From Takakia lepidozioides (Eukaryota > Plantae > Bryophyta), in contig JAKLZA010000045.1 of the NCBI GenBank assembly GCA_030704615.1, positions 1 through 25,000 of the forward strand: a stretch of 25,000 nt of DNA. Reading direction: 5' to 3'. The notes beneath the pieces are model-generated. The model saw nothing but the letters and a program-made list of their open reading frames with translations. It had not been told where the DNA came from and searched no databases. A program made the position numbers and the translations under genes. Of this stretch, positions 10,072 to 22,167 are shown in pieces. The stretch's first letter is position 1. Every line of letters begins with the position of its first letter.

Positions 10072-11775
10072 TGATTTTTGGTATGTCCCGAGGGACTATG
10101 TGGGTGCTGGTAGCCTTGTGCCTGCTGTTCCTTTCGTCTCCTTGGATGTTATGGGGCAAAGGAACAGGAGGCTTGCTTCTATAAAAATGTAGCATCTCAT
10201 CAGTTTTGAAAACAAGGTCCAAGTGATCTTGGAAAATTTGTAGAGGTTTCATGAGCGTTCGCTTGTAAATTTCATTGTACTGTACCAACAATTATTTGAT
10301 GCTCCCTAAATTTTCATCTGATCTGCAATGTCTACTATGGATTGAGATCCCCACTCCGAAATGACTTGACAACTGGACAGTGTAGGAGTACATTTTCTTT
10401 TCACACATAAAAGCAAGGTTGGAGGTGCAAAAGCAAAGGTTCTCTCATGCTACTTCTGACCATGCATAGGTCAGTTATAGAGTGTTTGCAGCCTTCATTT
10501 CAACTGGTAGAAAGGGGCTAACTGAGGGCGTGGGTGCGGTGCGGTTGGGGTATGTGATCCCCCAATTTCATGCTCTTTGTGTTTCCGGAATCTGCTGGAG
10601 TGTTTGGAACACAGCCTGCAATTTTGGTAGGGTTACTTGGGCAAAGGTCAAGGAATTTTACTAAGTTTGAGATCGGTTGATGCACTGTCTATTGAGATTC
10701 ACCTGCTCAGCTTATCAGGTGAGAGAATTTCGAGCTCTTATGAGGTCTCTTGTGCGGACTCTTTGGCACATCTGGAAATGTCGCTGCGATCATTTTTTCG
10801 CTCACACCTCTCCCAATGTGTCTGCTGTAAGTACTTTAAGATTATTGTGATCTACTAACTGAAGGGCATATTGAAGGCTTTGGGAGTTTTGTCTGCAGCT
10901 TTGCTTTGAGGTTCTGAAGGTAGAAGATTCAGTCTTATCAATGATTTTGACTCCATGTGGGGCTGACGCGGGATTCTTTCACCTAACGTTCTGACTCGAG
11001 AAAACTCTGAACTTACCAGCATTCCCACTCGAGGTTCCCCTAACCTTTGGTGGTCCCGGTTATATATAGTGTAAGATTCCGTTGGTTTTTGGGGTGATGC
11101 AGGTGACCGCTACAAATATCTCACAGCTCGCTGCTCTCTACCCGCTCGCTCTCAATCACAGAGAGATCAAGATTGGGAAACTTCAAACGTCTTCACTTTA
11201 GAATTTTGACATGAGGTCCGCCGTACTGTCACCCTTCCTTCTTCTATCAGACGAGTTCCCTTTTTCTTACAGTCCTATTTGCTCTACCAACGTACTTGCT
11301 TGTAGACGAGCTCAAGGCACCAAGAATGAGCGGACCCTGTACCGTCCGCGCCTAAATCCTATCCGCCCTTATTCATAGTCTAACCATATCAAGTCTAGAA
11401 TTGTACCACCTCTATCAGAAAATCAAAACTACCAACGAGGCACCCAATTGCCCTCCTCCAAGAATTGGTGGCTCTAATCATCTTGCCTGCAAATTCTTAG
11501 AAATATTCAGGCTAGAATCCCTACATAACAAACTTGAATGCATCAAAATAGGGGCGGATGGCCCAGGCTTTCTGAGTTGTCTCAGTCACCTGCAAGTTCC
11601 GGTCCACAGCAGCCCTTCGTTCCCTCTATTAAAGCAGCACGCTTGAGATCTGTATGGCCGTTCTGCACCGGTACTTCACCAGAGATCTTGTCAACAACCC
11701 ATTTTCACCCTACAAATGTAACAAGATTTCCTTGCTCAAGTCTCACAGTTTTTGTTCTGGAGAATGTTTCAAAGG

Positions 11776-14700
11776 CTATCTTGTTTTCGTGGTGTTCATG
11801 GTCAATCCAAATCCAAATGGGAAAAGCGGATCGTAGTGTTTGTCCCCGACGTTCATGGGTAGCTGGTCAACAGATCGGAACCATGTGTGAGGCAGCTTCC
11901 CTACGAAATCATAGTCCCCAAAAATCACATCAGCAATGCCATTGGCCTCACTGCCGGGGAGCCAAGCTGCAACAAGCGCGTCCATCAAGGGCAAATGGGG
12001 TTCCACCACCAGCGGCCTTCCAGAAACCAGTACTACTAAACACTTGACCGAGCCACAGACATTTTTGACGACCTCAATGCCTGGATGGGGGATGGTGAGG
12101 TTGAGGTTGTCACCCATTGTCTCTGCATAGGGTTCCTCTCCTATCACCACAACTGCATAGGCAAATCCTTTGTCCTTGGAAAATTCTCTGTTGGGAAATG
12201 GCTCGTACACTACTTCTGTTGAGTTGCTCACTGCCACTTTCAATGCCTTCCAAAATAGTTGCCATAGAAAAACCCATATCACCATTTCACGTGACTATTA
12301 CACATGACATGCATGTGCGTGTAAAATGGTGCTTTATAACGTCCGCGGAAAGCTCATAGAGCTTATGGGACAAAATGGAAAGAGAGAAAGAGAAAGGGCA
12401 CTTGGAGACAAAAGAGTCCGATAATGATATCGGAGACACTTGGAAGTTCAAGGATAAGCAAATGAAAAGAACGAGCAATCCTACCGAGTGTAGTGTTGCC
12501 CGAACTCCCTTGCCAAGTCATGGTCCATCCTCCACATTGCAAACCTATGTCATTCGCATGGAAGCCGACGACCAGAATCTTGTGTGCATCTCTATGCAGA
12601 GGTAACAATGGGGCTGACTTCGCAGTCTTCCCATTTTTCAGCAGCACGATGGACTTGCGCACAGCCTCCCGCGCGAGCACCCTATGTGACTGAGCACCAC
12701 CATGATAGAAATGCATTCAAATAACGTTGGTGTTAGGCGAGGAGTTGAGACAGGGTAGTCTAGAGCGAGAAATCTCGCAATCACAAAGATTAGCCGGGAT
12801 ACTGAACATTACAACCTCGATACAACAGCATCTGAGTAGCTAATTGCACTGTAAAAAGCAGCAAGTATGTGAGCGAGGATTACATGTTGCCCGATAAGAG
12901 ATGAGCGAAGCTTTCTGTCCGCAAGAGGCTTCTCAAAAAGACCCGTTTGGAGCTTGACTCGTAAGATGCGGCTAACAGCATCGTCAATCCGTGACATGGG
13001 TATATTGCCTAACCGAACTTCGAGCAGTAGATCCTCGATAAAGGTAGTATAACTCTGATTATTACATCACCTGTAGTGCCATTGAAAATTTCGGGCCGGT
13101 TCATAGAATCAGTGCATTGTGATATGAGAATTATAGATCTCCTAGATAGAAAGAGAGAGGACTTCGGAAGCTTGACTTCCAGCGATGTACAGAAACTTTA
13201 TAATCTGCACTTAAGGCCCTGGGCATTGGACAACGTATGCACAGCAAACCAAGAAGGAGAATCCATTTAGCAGTAACCTCGAGGGAGATAATGAATGCAT
13301 CAATTTTTAGGCTTACCATGTCAATGCCTGCATGAATTGACGTGAAGACAGAGTAGGTGTAGTTAGCATCGGGTGGAGTTGTGATTTTATCAATCCCATC
13401 GTAGTCTGAGATCGTAAACCCCTGCCACAACATGTAGCACCACAAACAAATCAAGACTAGGTCACATTATCAAGTGTGTCGATGCTGTAATTGTTGGAAG
13501 TCTTACATTAGCAAACTCCAGTGGCCCAGAACTGGATCAGAACACCTGCGAGCACGGTCTCACTAGCGAGGAATCGGATATAAATCCTCAGCTAGAATTC
13601 GCAGAGCACTTGTGGACACTGGTATTGTAGGAAAGTGGGAGAGGTCCTTCCTCCAGGTATCATTAGGTAGAGTAGACAAATCTTGGCATTGCAGGAAAAT
13701 CAGAAACACTCTAGGTCCTTATGCTCCCGGTATCATTAGCTACAGGTCTTGAGTTTAAATCTGTGCTTGTAACCAAAGCCAGAGATCGTGTAGCCATCTA
13801 TTGAACTGCTACATATGTGACTTGATTTAAGTCGTGCAGATCTTAGAAATTGTTCCATGAGATCATCTCTATCTAGAAACATTCAAGTACTTAGCCAATT
13901 GTCGACATTTGGGGTTTGCTTGAGATCTGCACAACAAACTACTTTGGAAGTCGTACCTTGAAGCCTATCTGGCCTTTAAGGACATCAGTAATGAGAAAGT
14001 GGTTGGCGTGCATCTTTATGCCGTTCCAGCTGGAGTAGGAAACCATAATAGTAGACACACCCTTGGCAACGGCATCGAAATAGGCCTTCATGTGGATGTC
14101 CACCAGGCCTTGGTAGCTAATCACTGTGTTATTCTCGTTGATGCCCTTCGTTGTGGCTCCATCTCCTACAAAATGCTTTGCGCAGGCAGCAACCTTGCGG
14201 CTTCTTGGGCCAACACATCCATCCCAGCCAGAGATGGATCATTGTGCGAGTGCTTATGCAGGTCTACATCGTGCTTGCATACTTCTAACATGTGTACATG
14301 TATGCGCATGTGTAAGTGATGGAGAATGCGGCAAAGGCCAGATAGATTTCAAACCACCATATAGACTTCGAGGTTTTTCAGAAAAGGTCCAACTGGAAAT
14401 TAACAATTAAACACTACATCAAGTAGGAAAGATCAGGAGAAGATCGCGCACCGGTTTTTCACATAAGGTCCTTTCCACCCCGCTGGAGCCTCACCCTGCA
14501 GTCCGTCAATGATTGAGGTCATGCTGCGAACCACTTCGGGGTTCTCGCTGTAGCTCTCGTAGCAGCGCCCCCACCTTGGGTCTCGAATACCTGCGCTCGA
14601 CCAAAGCACATAATTTGTAAACATTCATGAACAAATCCATCCTTCATTGCCAGTTTCACGCGAAACTCGTAAGGATATGCAAGAGATCTGACAGTGCTCA

Positions 14701-14984
14701 ATTCATAATTTAATGGTGTATTCATCTTGTTCCTGTTGTGCAATGATTGAGCACTACTGCACCCTACCCAAGAGAGCTCCAGGTGGACCTGACCTACAAT
14801 TCAGGGCTGTTCAAATCAGCAAATGTTTATTGACAAGCACTTCAGAAGATCTCGAAAAGTAATTTTGATCTCAAAAGGGCAGATCGTGCTGCATACCGCA
14901 ATGCAGGAGCAAACACAAGAGATTCCAGTTGCCCGAACCTCGAGGGCTGTGGCAGTCCCTATACGCTTGACCAATTCAGGCTCC
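11776..14984 (-). pseudogene. Glycoside hydrolase family 3 beta-glucosidase / beta-D-glucan exohydrolase pseudogene, 5' exons missing; exons about 14984-14897, 14590-14452, 14200-13957, 13421-13317, 13070-12884, 12689-12485, ~12262-11776
   Basis: Motifs: [140 protein letters not shown]. Lesions: exon 14590-14452 is 1 nt short; exon 13070-12884 is out of phase with TAA at 13064-13062; the last exon lacks an AG acceptor and has a frameshift near 12240. Confidence 0.88.
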
Positions 14985-15254
14985 CTGTACATAAGTGCAA
15001 CAGACAATCCAAGGTTACGTCGGGAGTGTCTGGAAGCAACATGCAACTACTGCAACCCGCAATTCTCACTCAGCAAAGATGGAGAATTTAAGGAGAAATC
15101 TGCTCAAATTGAAAGGAAGGACGAAAGCATGGATGATCCGACCTCCAGATTTGATATAGTCTATAATTTATTGAAGGAATAAGTTCAAGTATTATAATTA
15201 CTAATTGAAATAGATTTCCAAATCAAAAATCATAAATAAAATTTGAATTATTAC

Positions 15255-15563
15255 GTCGTGGAGTAGCAAGTGGTTTCAACCACTTCCCATCAGTGAGGTG
15301 TCTCTAACCACTCATAATGTACCACTGCACCCGTCCACGTGGAATACTAAATTTATTAACTCAAATATATTATCAAATGAAAAATAATAAATAATAAATA
15401 AATTATTACACGTGGACTGCTGAGTGATTGAAACCACTTTGTGATGCCACCGTGGCATTTCATTGGGATTAACCACTGACAAGTGGTTACTAGTGGTTTA
15501 TAGAGTGGGAAAAGACAGTAGTGGTTAAGGGGCTAGTGGTTATTCCGCGTTTTTCTTATAGTG
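15255..15563. mobile_element. One terminus of a CACTA (EnSpm) DNA transposon with subterminal repeats; the other end was not found
   Basis: TTTTCTTATAGTG at 15551-15563 is the reverse complement of CACTATAAGAAAA. It is preceded by about nine AACCACT/AGTGGTT motifs in both orientations. Confidence 0.75.
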
Positions 15564-16617
15564 GCAAAGAGGAAGAGAAACATAAAGAAACGCGATAGAT
15601 AGGAGAAACATGAATAGACAAGACGAGAGGTGTGGCACTTAGATGTATGCACCAAGTGAGCTACATATACTTACGGAAGGTGAACCCTAAAGGTCTCCAC
15701 TAGTACCGGCAATCATTCCTAAATATAGTATTAGGGGATGAGCGTTGTTGGTGAGTAGGTGAGCGGTCAAATTTTTGTTGGTTATATGAGAATATAATGA
15801 GACCTACAAGTTTGGGAATTTTTTTAGGTTCGGAACCACTAAGTTTGCTTCGGCAATATGGTTTGGAAGTAGGTTCCGGATAGGTCCGGGATTGGGGGAT
15901 TGGTTTGTCGGCAAACCATACTACATATATTGTATAGCCTTTGTTAATCACCTAGATAAAATGAATGCAACAAAAAATTTATCTATACATATAACATATT
16001 TAGGAAGTATGTGTGTCTCTTTTATTCAAAAATTGGAGTTTGAACTTCTGAATCATACAAGAATGTAGATTTTCTCAAAGTTTACTGATCCGCAAGACTT
16101 GAGTGACTTGTTTTTTGAACCAAATGAAATGCAAATTCTATAATGCACAAATAACTTGGTGGGGTTTTCACTTACTGGTGTTCATTTCTCATTCCCTGGC
16201 TTGGATTGCATGAAACAGTGAATGTTTTACTTGAATCTGACCTGTATGTATCCACTTTGGCTAAACACGTTGCCTATAAACAAGCTGGTCTCTGCTACAC
16301 GTGATCTTCAGTACTTGAAAGACAAAACTTGCACACTACCAATCTCTTCAGACTAAACCATAGTTGTTCAACCTCTATGAATTTGTTGCTCAAGTTGAAG
16401 GTTCTAGCTGAACTTACAGTTGAAACAACTAAGTGGTATGTATGCTTCACTTAAAGAGCAAGATATCAATCAATGTGGTTTTTTCAAAAGAGCTCGCAAG
16501 AGGAATTTTAATTTCCTTCTCACAAGTATCTTGCTTTCTGATTTTCACTTGTGTTACAGCATGTTGGCATTTGAAATTGCTTTAAACCAAGATCATGTTG
16601 CTAGAAAATTGAAGTTA

Positions 16618-17825
16618 ATTACACATACGATTAAAAAACGGAATGAAAAAAAAATCATGAGCACGCGAAACACAGTCCAACAAGTCTCAAAGTAATAGCA
16701 GATCCAACGGAATTCATTCAACGGGCCAAATCATTTTTGTTTTATTTCAAACTTTGTCAGTATGTTTGGGATACCCTCTCACAGGTCCTGCACTAGGTAT
16801 TCTTCATACGTACCACTCCCCCAGCACCAGGAGTTGTGTACCAAGCGTGTATGCAACGTGCGTGCCAAATTTGGGAGCGAACAAAATTCATTTGGACCCA
16901 AAACCACAGTTTCTTCCCTGTTTTGCACTCTAAACTTGATTTGTGTTCTACTTCATGCACTCTTCATAGAGAGTTCTGCAATAGTGAGTGAAAAAAACAT
17001 TTTTTTTTTCGACATTTTTGGCGGGGGAGTAGAGGTGGGATGCTTGAAGCCGCAGAACAAAATCGAGTCAAAAACAAAATCGATACGTGGCAGAAACCCC
17101 CAATCAAAGGCAGTGTAAACCTAATTATTGGCTTAAAATTCATTCAAATTCAATTAAATTCTCGAATGGGTTGAGGGCTGAGCGCGTCGATGGGGAGGCA
17201 AATGATTTGTTGTTCTGTTGTGTCTCCGCACATGTGTCGCACACATGTTCAAGCACATGCTGGCAAAAGATGGGCGTCAACCACATCCGTTCAATGGGTG
17301 CAATAGTCGTGCACGCATTGCAGGATTTTTTTTTTCCGCAATGAACAAAAACTGGATGACAGGTGAACGCTTCATTGGCCCATCGAACAAATTTCAATTG
17401 ATCTCATACTACTCTGGGGCCTGTCAGATGGTACGTTGAACATGCTGGCCAAGTCTCGAAGCGAACGAAAGCCATTTGGATGGGAAACCATCCATTGGGC
17501 CATCAAACGAATTTCGTTTTATCTCATATTACTCTGGGACGTCTTAGATGGTACATTGAACATACCGGCCAAGTCTCAAAGCGATCCAAAATCATTTCGG
17601 TGGGCAACTATCCGTTGAGCCATCGAATGAATTTCGATTGATCTCATATTAGTCCGGGACCTGTGAGAGGGTGTCCTGAACGTACTGGCAAAGTTTGAAA
17701 GCAAACAAAAATGATTTGGATGGGCAACTCTCGTTGAATCTGCCATTACTCAGGGACCTGTTGGACTGCGTTTCGCGAGCTCATGATTTTTTTTTTCATT
17801 CCGTTTTTTGAACCGTATGTGTAAT
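16618..17825. repeat. About 177-bp inverted repeat arms (16618-16795 and 17650-17825)
   Basis: ATTACACATACG...AAAAAACGGAATGAAAAAAAAATCATGAGC...CCCTCTCACAGGTCC is matched, with scattered mismatches, by its reverse complement at 17650-17825. Confidence 0.9.
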
Positions 17826-18056
17826 GACTCCATATGCAACGTGCGTGCCAAATTTGGGAGCGAACAAAATTCATTTGGACCCAAAACCACAGTTTCTTCT
17901 ATATTTTGCACTCCAAACTTGATTTGTGTTCTACTTCATGCACTCTTCATAGAGAGTTCTGCAACAGTGAGCGAAGAGAACATTTTTTTTTTCAACATTT
18001 TTTATTGGTCCAAATTTTGGCGGGGGAGTAGTGGTGAGATACTTGAAGCCACAGAA
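16850..18056 (+). repeat. About 210-bp direct repeat (16850-17057 and 17833-18056)
   Basis: Both copies start TATGCAACGTGCGTGCCAAATTTGGGAGCGAACAAAATTCATTTGGACCCAAAACCACAGTTTCTTC and end CTTGAAGCC(G/A)CAGAA. Confidence 0.92.
17370..17740 (+). repeat. Tandem array of about three diverged 120-bp units
   Basis: ATCTCATA recurs at 17401, 17521 and 17641. Flanking motifs (CCATCGAA, TGAAC, GGCCAAGTCT, ATTTGGATGGG) keep the same spacing. Confidence 0.88.
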
Positions 18057-18439
18057 AGTGACTACTTGGCAAATGACATAGTAGTAGAAGCTGAAAGATG
18101 TGCTGGTGAATTTATTGTGTGGTGCTGTCCCCACAAATGCTCCGTCCTTATCATGAACACTATCTGCAAGATTTACATGGAGTAATTATAAGTGCCAAGT
18201 TCCTTGTACTTGTTCGTGATCAACAAACATCAATAGCTCTTAAATATGATACAGCCCTGCACCTACTGTATAACACAATGTACCAAATCTAATTTATTAC
18301 AAACAAACTCCTACCATGATCCAGCTCAGTTGGGGAAATTCGCACGCCACACGTTGCAAGTGAAAGATATTAAAAAAAGAAGCCAAAGATTGATCAATGC
18401 CCAATCCACAAGCTTTGTTGACTTTGCAATGACTGTCTA

Positions 18440-19700
18440 GAAAGTCATGAAGGCACCAAGCCAACATCCAACTTGACAAATCGTTGGCATTGTTTCTTGA
18501 AGATATTGTGTATGCAACAGGGGTGCCATTCAGCCAAATGTCGAAGACCATAAGAGTATACATGGCATACTGCATACAAAGACGAAAATGTGCATTGTAA
18601 GTACTTTTGTTTTGAAAATAGGCAAAACATTTTACTGAAATTAATGACAAGAAATCACAGGAGGTGAACCCCGAACCCTGTAACCCCTTCTGTTCTCATT
18701 TTAGTATTATGTGATCCCCCATGTGGGCTATGCCATGATCCCCCGGAAGGAGACCATCCCTCCATCATTCCTCTCTATAACCCCCCAAGGCATGCATTTG
18801 CTAAGTTGTCTTCCCTTCTGCCGGCGCACCCCTCACTACGAATCACACAAGTACACGTCATGGTCCCAAAATGGTCCCAACATATACAGAGCAATATACA
18901 TAATGGAGTTTGGCCCATGTGTCTGGTCCCCTAATGGGCTGAGGCAGCCGTGGTGTCGAATTCGATAGGGGGATTAATAGGTCACTGGTGATGACCCAGT
19001 GTCGTGATCCCCTACACATCGGATAAAGCTATGCTCCCCCTGTGCCCCTGCTCTCCCTACTCCCCACTCAGTGACAGATGCTATGCTCTCATGCTCCCAA
19101 GAGTCCACGCCGTCAATTCACACACCTTGTGTTCATTGGTTCCAAAGGTTGCATCACAAGAGACGATTCGTTTGTCACCCATTTCGAACATTGTTTTTTT
19201 CTGAAATTATGTTTGAATGTCAATGGCAAATTTGAGGTCGACATTGCCGCGCCGTGTTCTTCCAACAGGGGCATCGGGCGTGTCCTCTCGATAGAAGAAA
19301 ACACTTTGGGGCTGGGCCTCCTTCCACATCTTCATATTGGTCCCCTCGTCCTTATGTCGCTTGAAAGTCTCACATGCAAGCTTGTCCATGATGTTTCTAA
19401 TGTCATGCTCAAGCACAACATCACAATGCGAATAAGCAGCATGCCATTACAAAGAACACACAGAGACCATCCAGAAACCACAGAGGTGAAGGCGGACTTT
19501 ATCACAAGAGAGCAACTATTGGCCCTTGGAGCTAAGAGCTCGCCTTCCTCATGCTTTCCCTTTTTAGGCACCGTTCTGTTGAAGTGAGCGGGAGCCTCTG
19601 CCCTTACTTCCTCCCCTCTCACAAAATCGTCAATCTTGCTCCAAGGAATGACCGCAACATCCATATTTACATGATGTCCACCTCCACTTGAAATAGTTGG
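18440..19700 (-). mobile_element. Decayed, intron-containing Mutator-like (MULE) transposase gene
   Basis: Fragments in order: VAVIPWSKIDDFVRGEEVRAEAPAHF; HDIRNIMDKLACETFKRHKDEGTNMKMW...SVFFYRE...FAIDIQT*FQKKTMFEMGDKRIVSCDATFGTNEHK|GT; and YAMYTLMVFDIWLNGTPVAYTISS. DATFGTN followed by Y.LYTL.VFD...G.PVA is the MULE DDE domain start. Premature TAA at 19207-19209. Confidence 0.82.
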
Positions 19701-20009
19701 AGTCATATAAGCGACCTGTGGTTGAAGGAACCATCCGGGGGGATTTGCAACGTGCCACGCATCTGTGATAGAAGGAATGACGTGCACAACTACGAACATC
19801 CAGTCATGATGCCCGGCACCTATGCAGGAACCGTACACAGCAGCAAACTACACGCACAAGTGCAGCATACACGCGTGCAAAGATGATCAAATCTGTGAGC
19901 AGCCGGAAACCCTAAATTTCATACATCCACTCCGTTCATCTCGCAGACCAAAATGGCGGGAGACGTGAATGGCCGTTGGATGGGGGAGGATGACACAGAT
20001 GAACAGAAT

Positions 20010-21880
20010 GATAGCCACGTGCAAACAGCCCTGACACTTGACACATGGAAGGGGGATGGCGGATGGGGGATCACGCCTGGTGGTGTGGGGGATGAACGGA
20101 GAGAAGACCGCCATGGGGGGGACGATCCCCTGTTCTGCCGTTGATTGGGGGGGGGGGGGGGGGGGAGCGACGGCTCGGGGGATCGCATCTTGGATGGGAC
20201 AAGGGGATTGACGGCTATGGAGACCGCCACGTGGTGGTAGAAGACGAGAGGGGGATCAATTGCCGGTTTGGACAGGGGATCAACCGGGGGGGGGGGGGGC
20301 GGGCAGGGGATCACCACGTGGATGGGAGGCCGGGATCGAATGCAGGGGAACCGCGGATGACCTAGTTTTGAGGTTGGATGGATGCGCAGGGGATCCGCAG
20401 TTCAGGGGAGCACCATGTGGCGGCCGATGGCTGGAGGGAGATCAGTAACCGCATTGGACGGGGATCAACCGGGGGGGGGGGGGGGGGGAGTGCCACGTGG
20501 CATCTCAGTGTCATGGGGCCTTCATCCGGCCATCGTCCATCCCCTGCGCGGGAGGATGGCGGGGGGATGAGGGGCGGATGACCCAGAACATCCATTATTT
20601 TGAGGTTGGATGGATGCGCAGGGGATTGACGGTTCAGGGGAGCAGCACGTGGCGGGCGATTAGGGGTGGGGGATCACTCCCGGTCCGGAGGGGGATCAAG
20701 CTAGGTCGGGGGAGTGGCAACGTCTCAGGGGATCGCACCGTGGATGGGACGAGGGGATCGGCGGTGGGGAGGGGGGAGCGCCACGTGCCGGCCGATGGAT
20801 GGAGGGGGATCGGTCACCGCATTGGACGGGGGATCAACCGAGGGTGGGGGGGACGTCTCGGGGGATCGGGCCATCGATGGGAAGAGGGGATCGACGGCGG
20901 GGGGAGCGGCACGTGGCCTGTCAATGTCATCAATGTCATCGGCCCTTCATCCGGCCGTCATCCATCCCATGCGTGGGAGGATGGCAGGGGGATGAGGGGC
21001 GGATGACACACAACATCCATTGTTTGTGAGATTGGATGGATGCGCAGGGGATCGACGGTTCGGGGGAGCAGCACGTGGCGCGCGATTAGGGTTGGGGGAT
21101 CACTCCCGATCCGGAAGGGGGATCAAGGCACGTCGGGGGAGCGGCGACGTCTCGAGGGATCGGGCCGTCGATGGGAAGAGGGGATCGACGGCAGGGGGAG
21201 CGACACGTGGCCTGTCAGTGTCATCGGCCCTTCATCCGGCCGTCGTCCATCCCCTGCGCGAGAGGATGGCGGGGGGATGAGGGACACACAACATCCATTG
21301 TTTGTGAGGTTGGATGGATGTGCAGGGGATCGACGGTTCGGGGGAGCAACACGTGGCGCATGATTAGGGTTGGGGGATCACTCCCGGACCGGAAGGGGAT
21401 CGAGGCACGTCGGGGGAGCGGCGACGTCTTAGGGGAGCGCGCCGTGGATGGGAGGAGGGGAACGACGGCGGGGGGAGCGCCATGGACGCGTCATGGGGCC
21501 TTCATCCGGCCGTCATCCATCCCCTCCGCGAGAGGATGGCGGGGGGGGGGTGTGGTGAGGGGCGGATGACCGACATCATCCATTTAATTGAGGTTAGATG
21601 GATGGGGAGGGGATCGACGGTTCGGGGGAGCGGCACGTGGCGTGGAGATGGGGATGGGGGATCACTCCGGCACTGGACGGGGGATCAACCCAGTGAGGGG
21701 ATCCACAGCGGGGGGCCGCCACATGGCTGGAGATCGGGCGGTGTTGTGGGGCGCCGCGTGGCCAGCGGTGGGGCAGGGATCAGGGGTCCCGGGCGGAGGC
21801 GGGCGGGCGGGGCAGCGGGCGGAGGGGTCGGAGAGGGGGGGGGGGGGGTGGGGATGATTTGACATGGGGGGGGGGTCCAG
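20010..21880 (+). repeat. GC-rich, G-skewed compound tandem array with about 230-430-bp units, upstream of the MULE transposase
   Basis: The unit anchor GAGGTTGGATGGATG(C/T)GCAGGGG (with minor variants) occurs at about 20370, 20602, 21028, 21306 and 21590. GCCCTTCATCCGGCC.TC.TCCATCCC and GGGGATC recur, along with several long G runs. Confidence 0.9.
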
Positions 21881-22021
21881 CTCGCCGATGTGGCTGTCGG
21901 GAGCAGGGGGTTCCCCGGCTGTACCTCGCGGGCTGTCAGCTCACACCCTTGCAATAAAATCAAGCCACATCCATATTGGGTACCACTACACAGTCCCATC
22001 ATCCATATACTGATGCCATAC

Positions 22022-22153
22022 CTAGACAAGGTTGTAAAATATGCAGAGCCCCTCTGGATCTTCGCTGCTCTGCACATCAAGCAAAGAGCCAATCTTGGAC
22101 GTTGTGAAGGAGATGTGCTCAGTTCCATCACAATGTCGGCCTATTCTATCAGG
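22022..22153 (-). pseudogene. MAGO: Mago nashi (exon junction complex core) exon fragment, decayed
   Basis: Manual translation gives [41 protein letters not shown], matching the conserved Mago sequence [48 protein letters not shown]. It is followed directly by a GTATGG splice donor at 22021. It is not shown in the ORF track. Confidence 0.88.
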
Positions 22154-22167
22154 GCAATGGATAGGTT

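Noticed and set aside
11401-12130. Plus-strand ORFs overlapping the GH3 last exon
   Set aside because: They are antisense shadows of a coding exon with no independent support.
15698-15712. CACTAGTA as a second CACTA terminus
   Set aside because: It does not match the CACTATAAGAAAA end, lies on the wrong side to pair with it, and has no subterminal repeats.
17370-17740. CRISPR-like periodicity
   Set aside because: Whole 120-bp units are homologous with no unique spacers; the context is eukaryotic and there are no cas genes.
16762-18185. Two similar ORFs (CNVRAKFGSEQNSFGPK...) as a duplicated gene
   Set aside because: They simply translate the 210-bp direct repeat, include homopolymer runs and show no protein motif.
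19887-22131. Many overlapping Gly/Arg/Pro-rich ORFs
   Set aside because: They are by-products of a GC-rich tandem array with few stop codons; all frames are open and no domain is recognisable.
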